NCBI GenBank assembly: GCA_028023455.1
Contig: JAQFVV010000003.1
Span: 19,158,001-19,222,000 of the forward strand
Length of the DNA stretch: 64,000 bases
Direction: 5' to 3'
From: Epiperipatus broadwayi
Lineage: Eukaryota; Animalia; Onychophora
Shown: in pieces, positions 13,801 through 25,884 of the stretch
How positions within the stretch are numbered: position 1 is the stretch's first letter
Layout of the letters: every line of letters starts with the position of its first letter
Notes under the pieces: model-generated
The model's database searches: none
What the model was told of the DNA's origin: nothing
What the model saw: only the letters and a program-made list of their open reading frames with translations
Program-made: the position numbers and the translations under genes

Positions 13801-15216
13801 GTTGGAATGGTTAGAATTAGACTGTAGAGAAGGCTTGTGATCATAGACACAAGATTATACCAATTGAGGAATATAGAATCAGTGAAAGGTGAATGTGAAA
13901 ATTGGATTGAAACAAGTATATCCATTATCACATTTTCTTTTTAAGATAATTGGAGGATAACAAAGAAATATTAGGGATAGGATTGAGGATTCCTATAGTT
14001 GGAACTAGGAAAGTATGTAAGGTAATAGTAATAATACTGAACCCTACCATCTGATGGTGCTCTTTTTCGCCCATTTCACATCAATATACCATATCATGGG
14101 CCATCTGTTTGTTTACATAATATTACGGTAAAAGTTTTTTTTTTTTTTTTTTCAACCGGTTTTTTAATTTTTTTTATGTCAGTGACAGTAAACCAAAGTT
14201 TTATTTTATTACACCTGTGTGTTTTTTTTTTTTTAATAAACAAATACTTCGTTTTTATATGGTCTAGGGGTGTTGGTTTGTTTGTAAATTAATGACTAAC
14301 TGTCTGTAGGTTTCTTTACATAATATTACTTATGATAAACCAAATTTTTTTTTCACATGGGTTTTTTTTTTTTGGTTCGTTTTTTTAAGAAACAAACATT
14401 TTGTTTTTAGATGGTGTAGGGGTGTTGCTTTGCTTTTAAATTATTGATTAACGCTCCATCGGTTTTTTTACACAAAAATACTGTTGTTTTTAGATGGGGG
14501 GGGGGTTGTTTGCTTTTAACTTATCTTTTTTTTTTGTTGATGTTTTGATTTGCTGAAAGACTTCAACAATCCGGTACTTTTGAATAAACCAACACTTGGT
14601 TTTTTAGAGAGTGGAGGGGAGAGGGGTTGTTTTGATTATGAATTGTCGTCTTTTTTTTTTTTGTTGTTGTTAATTTTTTACAAGGCTTTTTTTTTTTTTT
14701 TTCAAATATTTATGCTACAGAAAGCTTTATATGATAGCGAAAAGTTCTTCCTTAATTTTTTGGGCCTTTCATTTTAAAAAAAGACATAAACAATTCGGTT
14801 TTGAAGAACACTTTTTTTTTAAGCTGAGGGAGGTGGGGTGGCGGGGAAGATTTGTTTTGATTTTTAATTATCGACTTCTTTTTGGATTTTCTTTTTGAAC
14901 ATTTTATTATGTTACCGCACAGTTCTTTATTATTATTTTATTTTATTTTTTTTGGTGTGGCCTTTTGAATAAACTCTCAAACACTTCTTTTTTTTTTTGG
15001 TATAATAAGTGAAACTTATCAAATATTACCTACTTACTTTATAATCATATGAACAACGAAAACAAGTTTTCCATAAAATAATTTATTGAATCAAAAAGAA
15101 ACGAAACTTTGGGCAAGTTGTGAAGCAAAATAAGTAAAAAAAAACAAACAACAAAACACCATTTTCAGGGCATAAAAAACAGCAGCCAAAAGTAACACGC
15201 AAATAAAATAACAGGG

Positions 15217-15687
15217 TGCTATGTCTTACGGTTTCTTAAGTTTAACCAATAAGTTAGCAATAAATACAATTTACACTCATTTATAATTCTATATATTTTA
15301 ATAACTACTTTCAACAACATGGACATACAATTATAATATAAAATAAAACACAAGATTTCATTTAGTTTATTTACATACTAATATAAACAATGTTCGCTAT
15401 TTACCAGTCCTTATTTTCATGCCTTGCCACAGTAGCCATTTTATCTACGGTTTTCTCTGCTACGGATTTCATATTTTTCTTAAGGCTGTGCACTGGTAAC
15501 ATCCCGGGAACTGAGAGCAATAAATCTATGCTATCAGTTTTATACTATACCCAATTTATCGGGCATATATCTTGGAATCCATAATTGACAGCAGCGCTCT
15601 CTTTATATTTTTATGGAGAAGCATTTACATTACGAGGTAAGTACAATGTCACTATTTATCACAAACCCAACATGTATATATATAGCA
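15217..15687 (-). repeat. 3' LTR (471 bp)
   Basis: Direct repeat of 19540-19995 with several substitutions and indels. TG...CA ends. A purine-rich PPT-like tract lies just inside (minus strand AGAGTCGGGCAAGGACG). Confidence 0.92.
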
Positions 15688-15999
15688 CGTCCTTGCCCGA
15701 CTCTAATAATACATATTACTTTAGTTTACTACATAGTCCTTAAATTTAACCGGTGGTCTCTGTATTCGAGAAATTTTAGGGCTATCATTTCTATTTTCCC
15801 TTTGCACTCTTGGTAAGTCCAGTTCTTGCTCTGTCACTTCATCTTCGGTCAGTTCTGGCTCATCATTCTTCCTATTTTCTTCTTTAGTCGGTCCCTTCAT
15901 GATGTGATTCATTTCTGGCCATATAGCTTCGTCTTTCTTTGTTTCACAACTCTCCCCATGATGGTGAAGGTGGTTTATGTGTTTTCTTAACACTTCCAC

Positions 16000-18900
16000 T
16001 TTCTAACTCAATTAGACAAAATCGCCTGGTAAAAACTTTACCACTTTGGTATTATTATTTCTACTGTTTCCAGGTAGTAATTTTGTCAAATGGGTCCTGA
16101 ATGTCTGTCACATCAATAGCTCCATGGAGTTTTACACATTGCAGTGATTGGAGTGAAGTGGAGCATACATAGCCTGTATCAAGGCTTCTGCTATGTTTTT
16201 GTTCTGAAGTTTTTTAATGTGTTTTTTTTTTAGTGCTGCACTCCTTGTTCTGCTATCTCATTGCTTTCGGGATGGTACGGGGGTCTAAGAAGGTGTTTAA
16301 TCCCTCCCTTGTTTAGAAAATCCATAAAAAAATTTTGAAGCAAAACCTGAACCATTGTCTGTCACAATAGTTTTTGGATAACCATGCATGGCAAATAGTT
16401 CATTTAACACTTGGAGTCCACACTAGTGTCCTTAACTATTCAATACTCTGTTCATTGAGAAAAAGCATCAATCACTAATAGGTGTCCATCTCACAGGATA
16501 ATGTGATCCAGATGAACACGTGTCCATGGAGATTTGGGCGGTTCCTATGTTTCATAATGCTTTGGTGGTAATCTGGCCACTTGTTGGCAGTTCCTGCAAT
16601 TTTTTATCTGGGTCTCTATTTCTTTGTTAAGTATGACTGTGCGAGGGCCTTCATTCATACCACTCCTGAGGGTCCTTGATGAAATAGGTTTAGGACTTGA
16701 GGCCTACCTTCCATAGGTACTAACTGTCATTATTTAAGATGCATTCATTGTACACAGAAAGTTTATCCCTAGCTATCCAGATAGCTTTGCTCAATTCACT
16801 AGGGCATTTCTTTGGCCACCCATTTCTGATCCACTTTATGAGCTGTACATAACCATTTTTTCTTGTCCATTCCTTTATAGTCGTGTTACTTATCTCCTTT
16901 GACTGTAATGTGTCAATGTAGTTTATTTCTTTAGTTTTGACTACCCTTTCTGTGGTATCTGGCAGCCTAAACAAAGTTTCTGTGTGTGCGATTATTTTCC
17001 CAGGTTTGTATATTAGTTTATAGTCATATTGTGACATCAAGTTTGTCCATCGCACCATATGTTGAGTTGGGGGTTCTATAGATCCCTTTTCACTGCCGAA
17101 AATCCCTGTTAAGAGGTGCTGATCTGTATAGATGGTAAAGTTATAGCCATACTCATATTGGTTGAATTTTTTTATCACAAAAATCACTGCCAACACTTCC
17201 TTGTCTATCTGGCTATAATTTTTCTCTGCAGCTGTCAATACTCTTGACGTGAATACTATTGGATGCTCCCCTTCATAGCATGGGTGCGATATGACTGCTC
17301 CCACACCATACTTGGATGCATAGGTCATGATGTTCACTGCCCAGTCGCTTCGGTAATGTACCAGTAGCGCTTCCGCCATTAATGTCTTTTACACTTCTAA
17401 AAGCATTCTCCTGTGCGTCAGTCCAGATCCATCACTTTCTTTTTTAACAATGTGTATAATGGTGACAGCAAGTGTGACTGTCCTTCTAAAAAACTCATAA
17501 AAGTTTAAAAGTCCTAAAAATGCCTGCAATTCTTTGACATTTTTGGGGTTTTTTAGCATTTTTTATAGCCTTTACTTATTTGGGGTTGGGTTTTTGACCG
17601 TTTTAATTTATTATGGGTCACAGGAACTTGATTTCTCAAGCTGACCAAATGCATTTATTAACATTAAGCTTTGCTTTGGCTTGAGACAGTCCTGAGCAAA
17701 CCTGATCTACCTGTTTCTTGAGTTCTGCCTGTCGCACCAATAATTAAAATGTCATCTAAATAAGGTATCACTCCATTCATAGATCTGAATAGCATGTCCA
17801 TTTTAGCCTGGAACACATTCGGAGCAATGGTTATCCCATAAGGCAATTTATTACATGTGTATAATCCTTTATGCATGGTCAGTGTAAGTAATTCGGATGT
17901 ACCCCTTGTTACTGGGATCTGGTGGAAAGCTGCTCTTAGATCAATTTTTGCAAAATACTTGGCCTTCTGTAATGATGCTAGTATTTCCTTTACGCTTGGG
18001 ACTGGGTATGCACCTTTGTTTATATATCTGTTGACCATAACTTGATAATCCCCGCATAATCTTATACTCCCATCTGGTTTTACTATGGTTACAATAGGAG
18101 TCGCCTAGGATGATTCTTCAATGAGTGTTAATACTCCTTTTGATACCAAATCCATTATTGCCTTTTCCATCCTCTCCCTCATTGCAAATGGCACTTTTCT
18201 GGGCTTATAAGCAATGGCTTTGGCTTCTGGTACTAATTCTATGTCTACTGGTATTGTTCTAAATTCCACTAGGCCTGATGTAAATAGTTATGGATATTTT
18301 TTTTTCTTTTTCTATACGGACAGTCTTTAGTATATTTATGTGCATTCCCAATGGGGAAAACCAGTTTCTGCCTAATAATGGACTGTCTTTATTAACTATA
18401 TACAGTGTCAAAGATTTATGTCTGGAGTTAAGTGTCACAGGCACAGTTAATTTTCCTCGGATATCAACTTTGTTTCTGTTTATATCTGTTACAATTGTAT
18501 CAGCCTTACATAGCTTTAATTTATATTTACTGCCTCGAGTGATCTCTGTCCAATCCTTAAGTGATATCAACAACAATCCAGCTCCACTATCCACTTCCAT
18601 TGTGATCTCTTTTCCACAGACCTGCAAATCCAGAAGAAGGTGATCTGTTTTATTGTTTCTTTTTGATATAGTCTTAATGGTTGATTTTTTATATTTACTT
18701 CTACCTGGGGTTTAGGATCTACATTTTTTGTCTGCCTCGCCAACTTTATAGTAACACATGGCAACTAAATGCCCTCTCTTGTTACATTTTCTACATATTT
18801 TATTCTTGTGCCTACAGCTACTTTTTGTATGACTGGATTTTTCACAGCAAGTACAATTTTGTTGTTTGGTGTGTCCGCCAAAAGGCATAGAGTCACATTT

Positions 18901-19400
18901 TTTTATTTCTCTACTGAAAGCGATCTTTTCCGGTGATTTTGATCTGGTATATTCTGGTGCGATGTTGAGCATGGCCTCTTGCGTGGCACATTTATCAATC
19001 GCTGTTTTGTATGTTAATTCCGGATCATTCAATAAGACTCCTGAAGTTTGCGTCCGTCATTCTGTACAAGAACTGTTCCAACAATGCGTAATTTATCTCT
19101 CGACAGTATTCACATTCCTTGGCCAGTTTCCACAATGCAAGATCATATCCACATATTTTTTTTGTGGTGACGTTTCTCAGCCTAAGGCATGCTATCTATT
19201 TAGACTTTCGGCAGAAAATATTCATTCAACTTTTGTATAAATTCCTGATATGTGAAATCTTCAGGATGCTTTGGGTTGGTAATCCTGCTTGCTAATTGGA
19301 TTGTGTCTTTTCCCACTAAATATAATATTGTGGAAATCTTATATCTGTCATCCTCAAATTTTATTTATGAACATATAATATTCTACTTGTTCAATATAAC
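16000..19400 (-). pseudogene. Fragmented gag-pol of the Mag-like element
   Basis: ORF fragments 18712-19032 (gag), 18259-18627 (PR), 17664-18038 (RT) and 16720-17379 (RNase H), plus integrase pieces broken by stops and frameshifts. Boundaries approximate. Confidence 0.9.
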
Positions 19401-19516
19401 TCTTCCATGAGTCAACATTATTTACGTCGAACTCGCGCATTATAGAATTTATGGCCGCCATGTTGTTTTTATACCTAACTTTTTTTACGAGTGCCTGACT
19501 TTAATCTTGGGCTTTT

Positions 19517-19536
19517 AATCCTGTATGACTGCATCA
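19517..19536 (-). promoter_or_regulatory. Decayed primer-binding site, tRNA-Ser-like
   Basis: Minus strand TGATGCAGTCATACAGGATT starts 3 nt after the 5' LTR. It resembles the recalled complement of a tRNA-Ser 3' end (TGGCGTAGTCGGCAGGATT), mostly through transitions. Confidence 0.5.
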
Positions 19537-19539
19537 CTC

Positions 19540-19995
19540 TGCTATGTCTTAGGGTTGTCTTAAGTTTAACTAGTAACATAGCAATAAATACAATTTACTT
19601 TCATATTTTAATGACTACTTTCAACAACATGGACATACAATTATAATATAAAATAAAATCCACAAGATTTCATTTAGTTTATTTACATACTAATATAAAC
19701 AATGTTCGCTATTTACCAGTCCTTATTTTTATGCCTTGCCACAGTAGCCATTTTATCTATGGCTTTCTCTGCTACAGATTTCATATTTTTCTTAAGGCTG
19801 TGCACTGGTAACATCCCGAGAACAGAGCGATAAATCTACGCTATCAGTTTTATACTATACCCAATTTATCAGGCATATATCCTGGAAACCATAATTAACA
19901 GCAGCGCTCTTTATATTTTTGTGGAGAAGCATTTACATTACGAGATAAGTACAATGTCACTATTTATCACAAACCCAATGTATATATATGTAGCA
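19540..19995 (-). repeat. 5' LTR (456 bp)
   Basis: Direct repeat of 15217-15687, followed by the TSD CAGGG. Confidence 0.92.
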
Positions 19996-22900
19996 CAGGG
20001 AAGCTTTAAAGCTGTAACGGGATTTTGGAGCCTTCGAACCAATTTCCCTTACGCAAACCTATATAGGTACACTTGCAGGAGTTTCTTTCTGGGAAAACAC
20101 AATATTGTGCATCCACTTGTGTCGCCGGCTGGCAATTCACTCAGCTTCGACCAATTCGGACAACTTGCGGACAACCTTTGTCAGTTCTCGCACGGATTCA
20201 TGCGTAAACAGGCATTTGCACTCTAAATTGGGAAAAACTCTGCTGAAAATAACCTTTTCAAGTTGTGTGCAGTTGAAAAGCATAGAGAAGCGTGTGTGAT
20301 GACATGACAATTCTTAATAAGGAATACTAATTCCACTACGCTTTCTAAAAAAATTTCCGACAATGAAATTTTTGTAGAGTTTTGTCTCTTTCAAATTCAG
20401 CTACCATCAAGTCAGACCGTAGTGAGAGTTCAAGAGCGCTTACTTGACTAATACTGTCACAATGCAATGGGCATAGTATTTTGTTACATTATCAAAAAAT
20501 ACATCGCCCTCAGGTGGCCTGTTACAGCTCAAAAAACACCTCGTACTATCAGCTATAAGTTAAGCTTAGCTGCTAAAACGATATATTGATGTGCATTTTG
20601 TAAACAAAAACAGCACCATCAGACGGTAGAGTTCAGTATTCATAGTGGCTTTTTTTAGCAGTTGATATGGCATTTGTTTTGCAAATAGTATACAAAAAAT
20701 AAGTTGTTATTAGAGAATCATGGAAAGGTAAGAAAAAATAGGAAAAATAAATTTGTTGAGCTCCTAATATATAATGAGATAGATAAAATAAAAGATAAAA
20801 AGATATTTGTCTTAAGGAAATGAAGGAGCATAGGTATTATGTTACTTATATAAATGGAAAAAAGAATTATTCAGAAAGTTGAGAAGAAAAGCAAAAAATA
20901 GAATGGAATTGATTAAAAATCTGATATGTTTCTTACATAATACATTTTTGATATGTAGAGTAATTTGGAAAGGAGCCATGGTTCCTGCTTTCATACTTGA
21001 AAATGATGTGTTTTTTATTGGCCAAGGAATTCAGAAGTTTTAGATAGTATATAAAAAGTAGGAAAATATGCATTTGTTGATGAATTGTGAGACGATTAAG
21101 TGAAATGGAGTGAACTTTTTTTTTGTAATGAAAGATTTTATAAATAAATTACAATAGTTTCGAGGGTTACAATATATGCATGAAAATAAAATAGCAAAAA
21201 TAATGTTCAATTGGTTTATGTAAAAAGGACAAACACATTGAACAATAAATATTTTATAATTTATATAAGAAATGGGATAAATGTGTAGAGAATGTAGTAC
21301 AAATACATAATTTTGAAGGAAGGCAAATTGGATTAATTAGTGAAAAAGAAATAGAATAATGGAAAATGAATGAAAAATTTTTTTAGAGTTGTGTAAGAAT
21401 AAAAAACAATATGTAAAAGAATATGATAATTCTAAAGTGCACTTATTTTTATTTCATTCAAGAGCAGGAGCTTTAAGTACCAGAGAAAGAAGACACAAAT
21501 GTAAAAGGGATTTGGATTGTAAACATAGTTTGCTTGTATGATATTGAAAGAGAATCAGATTAAATTATATGGAAAGTGGAAGAAATGAAAAGATTTTAGA
21601 TTTTATGATTTTTTGTTTTTAAATCTTCAAAAGGAAATTGGAAAATGTAAGAAGAGAATAGAGAACTAGAAAAAAGCTTTTATTAAAACAGGAGGACCGG
21701 AAGAGTAATTGGGTAATATGGAGTAAGAATTAGATGACTTTATTGTGGAGTAAAATGTTTTTGGAGAAAGGGAATGGTTTATCTTGGCTAACAGTTTTTA
21801 GACATATAACATATGCACAGAAACTTAGAAGTAATCATGTTGCATCCGGTGAAATATGAAAAAATGTGTAACACAAAATAATTGCATAATACACTTTAGT
21901 AAACTCTGATGTTTGTAGATTACATTATTGAAATGCTTATTAATTTATCAAATGCTTGTAAAGAAAATAAATATGAGAATTAAAATATATATATATTTAT
22001 TTTTATGCTGCGCTCTAAATGCACATCAGTGAAGCTATATATTTTGAAAAAATTTCAAGCTTAGCGCTTTAGGCACTTGCTTGATCCCATGTTCATAGCT
22101 TGTGCTACTAATGGTTTTTTATTAATCATAAATTATGCAAATGTATTCTTTTGATTTTAGATTTTATTCAACTATCTAAAAATAAGATTTCTCCAGATCG
22201 CTATAATAAAGATTTGTGTGTTTTAAAAACATCACTGCTTAATGTCATTTCTGTAGTGATAATGTGTTCAAAATCCTCAATTAAGAAATTGAATAAAATT
22301 TAAAATAAAATAAAAAACTAAATTTGATAAAGTAACTTTAATACTTTTGTGTCTTTGGTGGTGGTGGGGGGAGGTGCTGCAGTTTAATTCTTTTAAGATT
22401 TTTGAGTGGCTTGTATTGTTACAAATGATTCATTTTTATTGCTTTACAATTGATTTAATCTTTGTGGCCTTTATTTTTATAATAGATATTTAAGTTATCA
22501 TTTTTTTACACATTTATATTTTACATTTGAGACTATTATTAAATAAAGACTTTTGCTTCTTTAAATTTTTATCATTGCTAGCTATTATCAGCAGAAGTAG
22601 CCAATTGTAAATAAATGTAATCATTCTAATCCCAGAAGTAAGTCAAAAAATAAGCTAAAGATGATTCTGTCATGGTTATACATAAATATATCTTCATAGC
22701 AAGTGTGATAGTATTTCTTTTATGTATTTGATATTGTGCAAGTTTTAGCCTCTACAATAAAGTGAACTTTGTTTTATTTGTTTTTTGATAGACTTCAACA
22801 TGTACTTAGATGTAGCTCACCATTTGTATTTTGCCCTCAATCGTATTTTCCCAATGAAAGCATTCAATACTGTATTTCTATAAATTATCTTTGATATAAT

Positions 22901-23239
22901 TTTTATAACGTGGAATGCGGTCTTTCCCACGAAAGTGTTGATGGAGTTCTCGACAAAACTTTTTTTGGCAAATCTTTTACCTTTCATTTACTTCACATTT
23001 TCAACCTAGTCCTAACTCCAATCTTAATTGTTTTTGTGCACAAGACTTCATTCTGTGAAAGCAATGATAGTCAAGGTTAGAAGACTGGTGTTATAATTAA
23101 TAATTTTTATTAGTCATTGATTAGAGTAGAGATTATCCAATAATGAATAATATTTCTGTAGTGTAATTTTCATAACGCCATTCTCACATATGGTAGGGAT
23201 TGGTTTCCTTTCATTTTTAACACCTTGTGGAGGGATAAC

Positions 23240-23281
23240 CCAAGATGCACATTTTGTGCTGAACCAGCACTTATCAGTTGG
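23240..23281 (-). ncRNA. Degenerate hammerhead ribozyme (three G>A changes)
   Basis: Minus strand CCAA CTGATAA GTGCT-GGTTC-AGCAC AAA ATGTGCAT C TTGG. Stems I and II are intact but the core is mutated. Confidence 0.75.
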
Positions 23282-23569
23282 CCCAGACCACAATCTTACA
23301 AATATCTATCATTCTTCATTATATATATATAGATAGCAAATTATTATAGCTTAATTGATATGTCAAATGTGCTACCCTCACAACTTTGACATAAAGCATT
23401 TGATAGTTGTTCATTAGACTAGATATCCAATACTGAAATATATTTCTGTAGTATAATTTTCACTGCTCCACTCTCACGCAAGGGAAAGACTAGCTTTTAT
23501 CCACTTTTAACACCATGTGGAGAGTTGTAAATCATAAACATGACCAAGATATGAAAAAGATCTATGATC

Positions 23570-23612
23570 CCAAAGATGTACATTTCGTGCTGAATCAGCA
23601 CTCATCAGTTGG
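23570..23612 (-). ncRNA. Minimal type I hammerhead ribozyme with intact catalytic core
   Basis: Minus strand CCAA CTGATGA GTGCT-GATTC-AGCAC GAA ATGTACAT C TTTGG. This gives a 5-bp stem II with G-C closing pair, palindromic stem III and AUC triplet. Stem I has a 1-nt bulge. Confidence 0.85.
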
Positions 23613-24157
23613 CAAGTTTTTACGCATATGTTTTCCTGAAGGTTTGTGATGATGGTGTTTTAGTTGTATTTATTTATTGGACTATTTCCATCATTTTATA
23701 TCTTTATCATTGTTCAATATATATAGATAGCAACTTACTACAGTTTTAATTGATATATCGAATGTGTTGACTTCAAGTATAAATAATTTTTATTAATCAT
23801 TTGTTAGACTAAAGATTATCCAATAATGAATAATATTTTCATAGTATAATTTTCACTACACCATTCTCACACAAGGTAGGTACTGGTTTCTATCCACATT
23901 TAGCACTTTGTGGAGGGATGTAATCATAACCATGACCAAAGACATGAAAGATTTATGATCCCAATATGATCATTGCACAAGACAATACAATCAATAACTT
24001 TGGAATCAGATTTGGAAAGGAGTTTCAATTCTGAAAATTATTGTTTGCGTTGTGAGTAGTCAAATTTATTAGAGATTTTTCAGTTGGAATAATTTTAAAA
24101 ATATCACTAAAAATGATGTTTCCATAATATTAGATCATTATGGCAATAGAAATAATT

Positions 24158-24227
24158 AAACAAAGCAAAACTCTCCATACAGTATTGCCACCCTGTGCTA
24201 GTATAAGATAGTGATCATGTGATGCTT
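24158..24227 (+). mobile_element. 70-bp mini-element of family B (no ribozyme left)
   Basis: AAACAAAGCAAAACTCTCCATACAGTATTGCCACCCTGTGC is joined to tail TAGTATAAGATAGTGATCATGTGATGCTT. Perfect 13-bp TSD AATAGAAATAATT at 24145-24157 and 24228-24240. Confidence 0.85.
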
Positions 24228-25623
24228 AATAGAAATAATTGTAAAATCATTAGTGGAAAGATCAAACTATTTCACATCAGGTAAGACTTATTTCTAAAAA
24301 ATAACTTTTTATACTCTTTTATTTTTAAAAGCATGTATTTGTATAAATCATGGCTCTTATTCTCAAGAAGCTGTAAAGTCACCAACCAAGACGGCGATTG
24401 GTGACCGAAGGCGGATGGTGCAAAGAATCCCCTGATTGTGGACCCAGACTGCCATTTGATGATGATTTTTTATTTAGCTACTTACAACTGCAAATCACTT
24501 TCAAGTAAAGGAAGATTGCAAGAATTAGAAGAACTGTCTTGTATCAAATGGAACATTAGTGGACTTTGTGAAGTTAGAAGAAAAGGTGAAGAGACAATTG
24601 ATTTAAAAAGTGGACATGTACTCTACTATAAAGGCACTAATATTGGAAATATAAGTGGAGTAGGATTCATTATAAATGAAAAGTGGAAGAACAACATTGT
24701 GGAGATTGATGGTATATTGGACAGAGTGGCAAGATTAGTTATACAACTTAATAGCAGATACCAAATGCAGATAATTCAGATTTATGCCCCATCAAGTTCT
24801 CATAGTGATAAAATAGTAGAAGATTTTTATATAGATGTACAAAAGGCTTTTAATCAGAGTAAACAATATTTTAAAATTGTTATGGGAGATGTTAATGCTA
24901 GAATTGGTAAACAAATGAAAGATGAAAGTGCTGTAGGTAATTTTGGTTATGGTAATAGAAATGAGAGAGGACATAGACTTGTGGAGTTTGCAGAAAAAGA
25001 AAAACTTTATATTATGAATTCTATTTTGAGAAAAATGTTAAAAGGAAATGGACATGGAAGCATCCAAATAAAGGTACAGCAGAATTGGATTATATTTTGG
25101 CTAACAGAAAATACATATTTCAAGATTGTAATGTTCTTAATAAATTTAACACAGGAAGTGATCATCGATTAGTAAGATGTAAGATATGTATTAATGCAAA
25201 ACTAGAGACAAAAATTTTTAAGAAAAACAATATTTACAGTTGATATTCCTAATATTCAGAAACATTCTAATGAATTCAAATTAGAACTTACAAATCGGTT
25301 ACAGGTATTAATAGATTTTGAATATGATTCAGATTTGAATTAAATTAATATGAAAATAACTGATACATTTGTAAAAACTGCAACAAAGATAGCTGGTAGA
25401 AAAAAGCAGCAATTGACTAATAAAATTTCTACTGAAAGAGAATTTATGACGAAAAGGAATAAACCACTAAACATCACATGATCACTATCTCATACTAGCA
25501 CAATTGTTATTAAATGAGGCAAAACTCTCCATACAGTAATGCCACTCTGTGCCAATCAGAGCAATCAATGGATGCCAGAAGGCTTGTGCATAAAATCCCT
25601 ATCTAATGCCTACTCATCCAATA

Positions 25624-25664
25624 TCCCCAGACTAGTTTCTGGCTTGTGGCCTCATCAGTGATGA
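25624..25664 (-). ncRNA. Minimal hammerhead ribozyme, family B left arm
   Basis: Minus strand TCATCA CTGATGA GGC-CACAA-GCCA GAA ACTAGT C TGGGGA. Confidence 0.75.
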
Positions 25665-25842
25665 GCCTTGGATCTGAGAGCACTGCAAACTAGATCTCAT
25701 AAGCTATTGATCTTAGATTGAAAATATTACTGTGTTTTCAATTTCATTCTCATAGTTTTGTAGGTAGGTGGAGATAAAAGGTGGTTGCTGGAGGGTTGCA
25801 TTAGATCCTAAGATCTAGGTGCAGTGCTCTCAGAGCCAAGGC

Positions 25843-25884
25843 TTCTCACTGATGATGGCCACAATCCAGAAACTAGTCTGGTGA
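25843..25884 (+). ncRNA. Minimal hammerhead ribozyme, family B right arm
   Basis: TTCTCA CTGATGA TGGC-CACAA-TCCA GAA ACTAGT C TGGTGA, with a GUC triplet and ACTAGT palindrome. Confidence 0.75.

Larger units (their letters stand above)
15217..19995 (-). mobile_element. Ty3/Gypsy LTR retrotransposon, Mag-like, decayed but with both LTRs
   Basis: Two LTRs with TGCTA...TAGCA termini and a 5-bp TSD CAGGG (15212-15216, 19996-20000). Gag has a double knuckle (CTCCEKSSHTKSSC...CRKCNKRGHLVAMC). Then protease (EVDSGAG), RT (KIDLRAAFHQI, YLDDILI), RNase H (ASKYGVGAV, NYSQIDKE) and integrase remnants (PWTRVHLD, PYHPESN), in Gypsy order. Confidence 0.95.
14037..20636. mobile_element. Non-autonomous TIR DNA element (~1.8 kb without the nested LTR element), TA flanks
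   Basis: TIRs 14037-14067 and 20606-20636 match at 28/31 (CTGAACYCTACCRTCTGATGGTGCTSTTTTT). TA lies outside both ends (14035-36, 20637-38). T-rich degenerate tandem repeats occur inside at 14100-15000. No transposase recognised. Confidence 0.75.
11700..21800 (+). mobile_element. Heavily decayed LINE (APE-RT-CCHC), split by the TIR element at 14037-20636
   Basis: Purine-rich plus strand. APE-like remnants at ~12250-12870 (LIVDNMNDHI ~ IVGDMNAHI) and RT remnants at ~13430-14020 (PLSHFLF). The FADD-like motif (GFFLAVDMAF) resumes right after 20640, with a decayed C-terminal zinc-knuckle region near 21480-21580. Boundaries approximate. Confidence 0.6.
23047..23973 (-). mobile_element. Tandem array (~2.5 units, periods ~290 and ~390 bp) of family A-related hammerhead repeats (retrozyme/pLTR-like)
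   Basis: Block TTAGA[G/C]TA.A(GAT)TATCCAATA...TAGT.TAATTTTCA recurs at ~23121, ~23414 and ~23804. HHR cores lie at 23240-23281 and 23570-23612. Candidate TSD TGCACAAGAC at 23037-23046 and 23974-23983. Confidence 0.8.
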
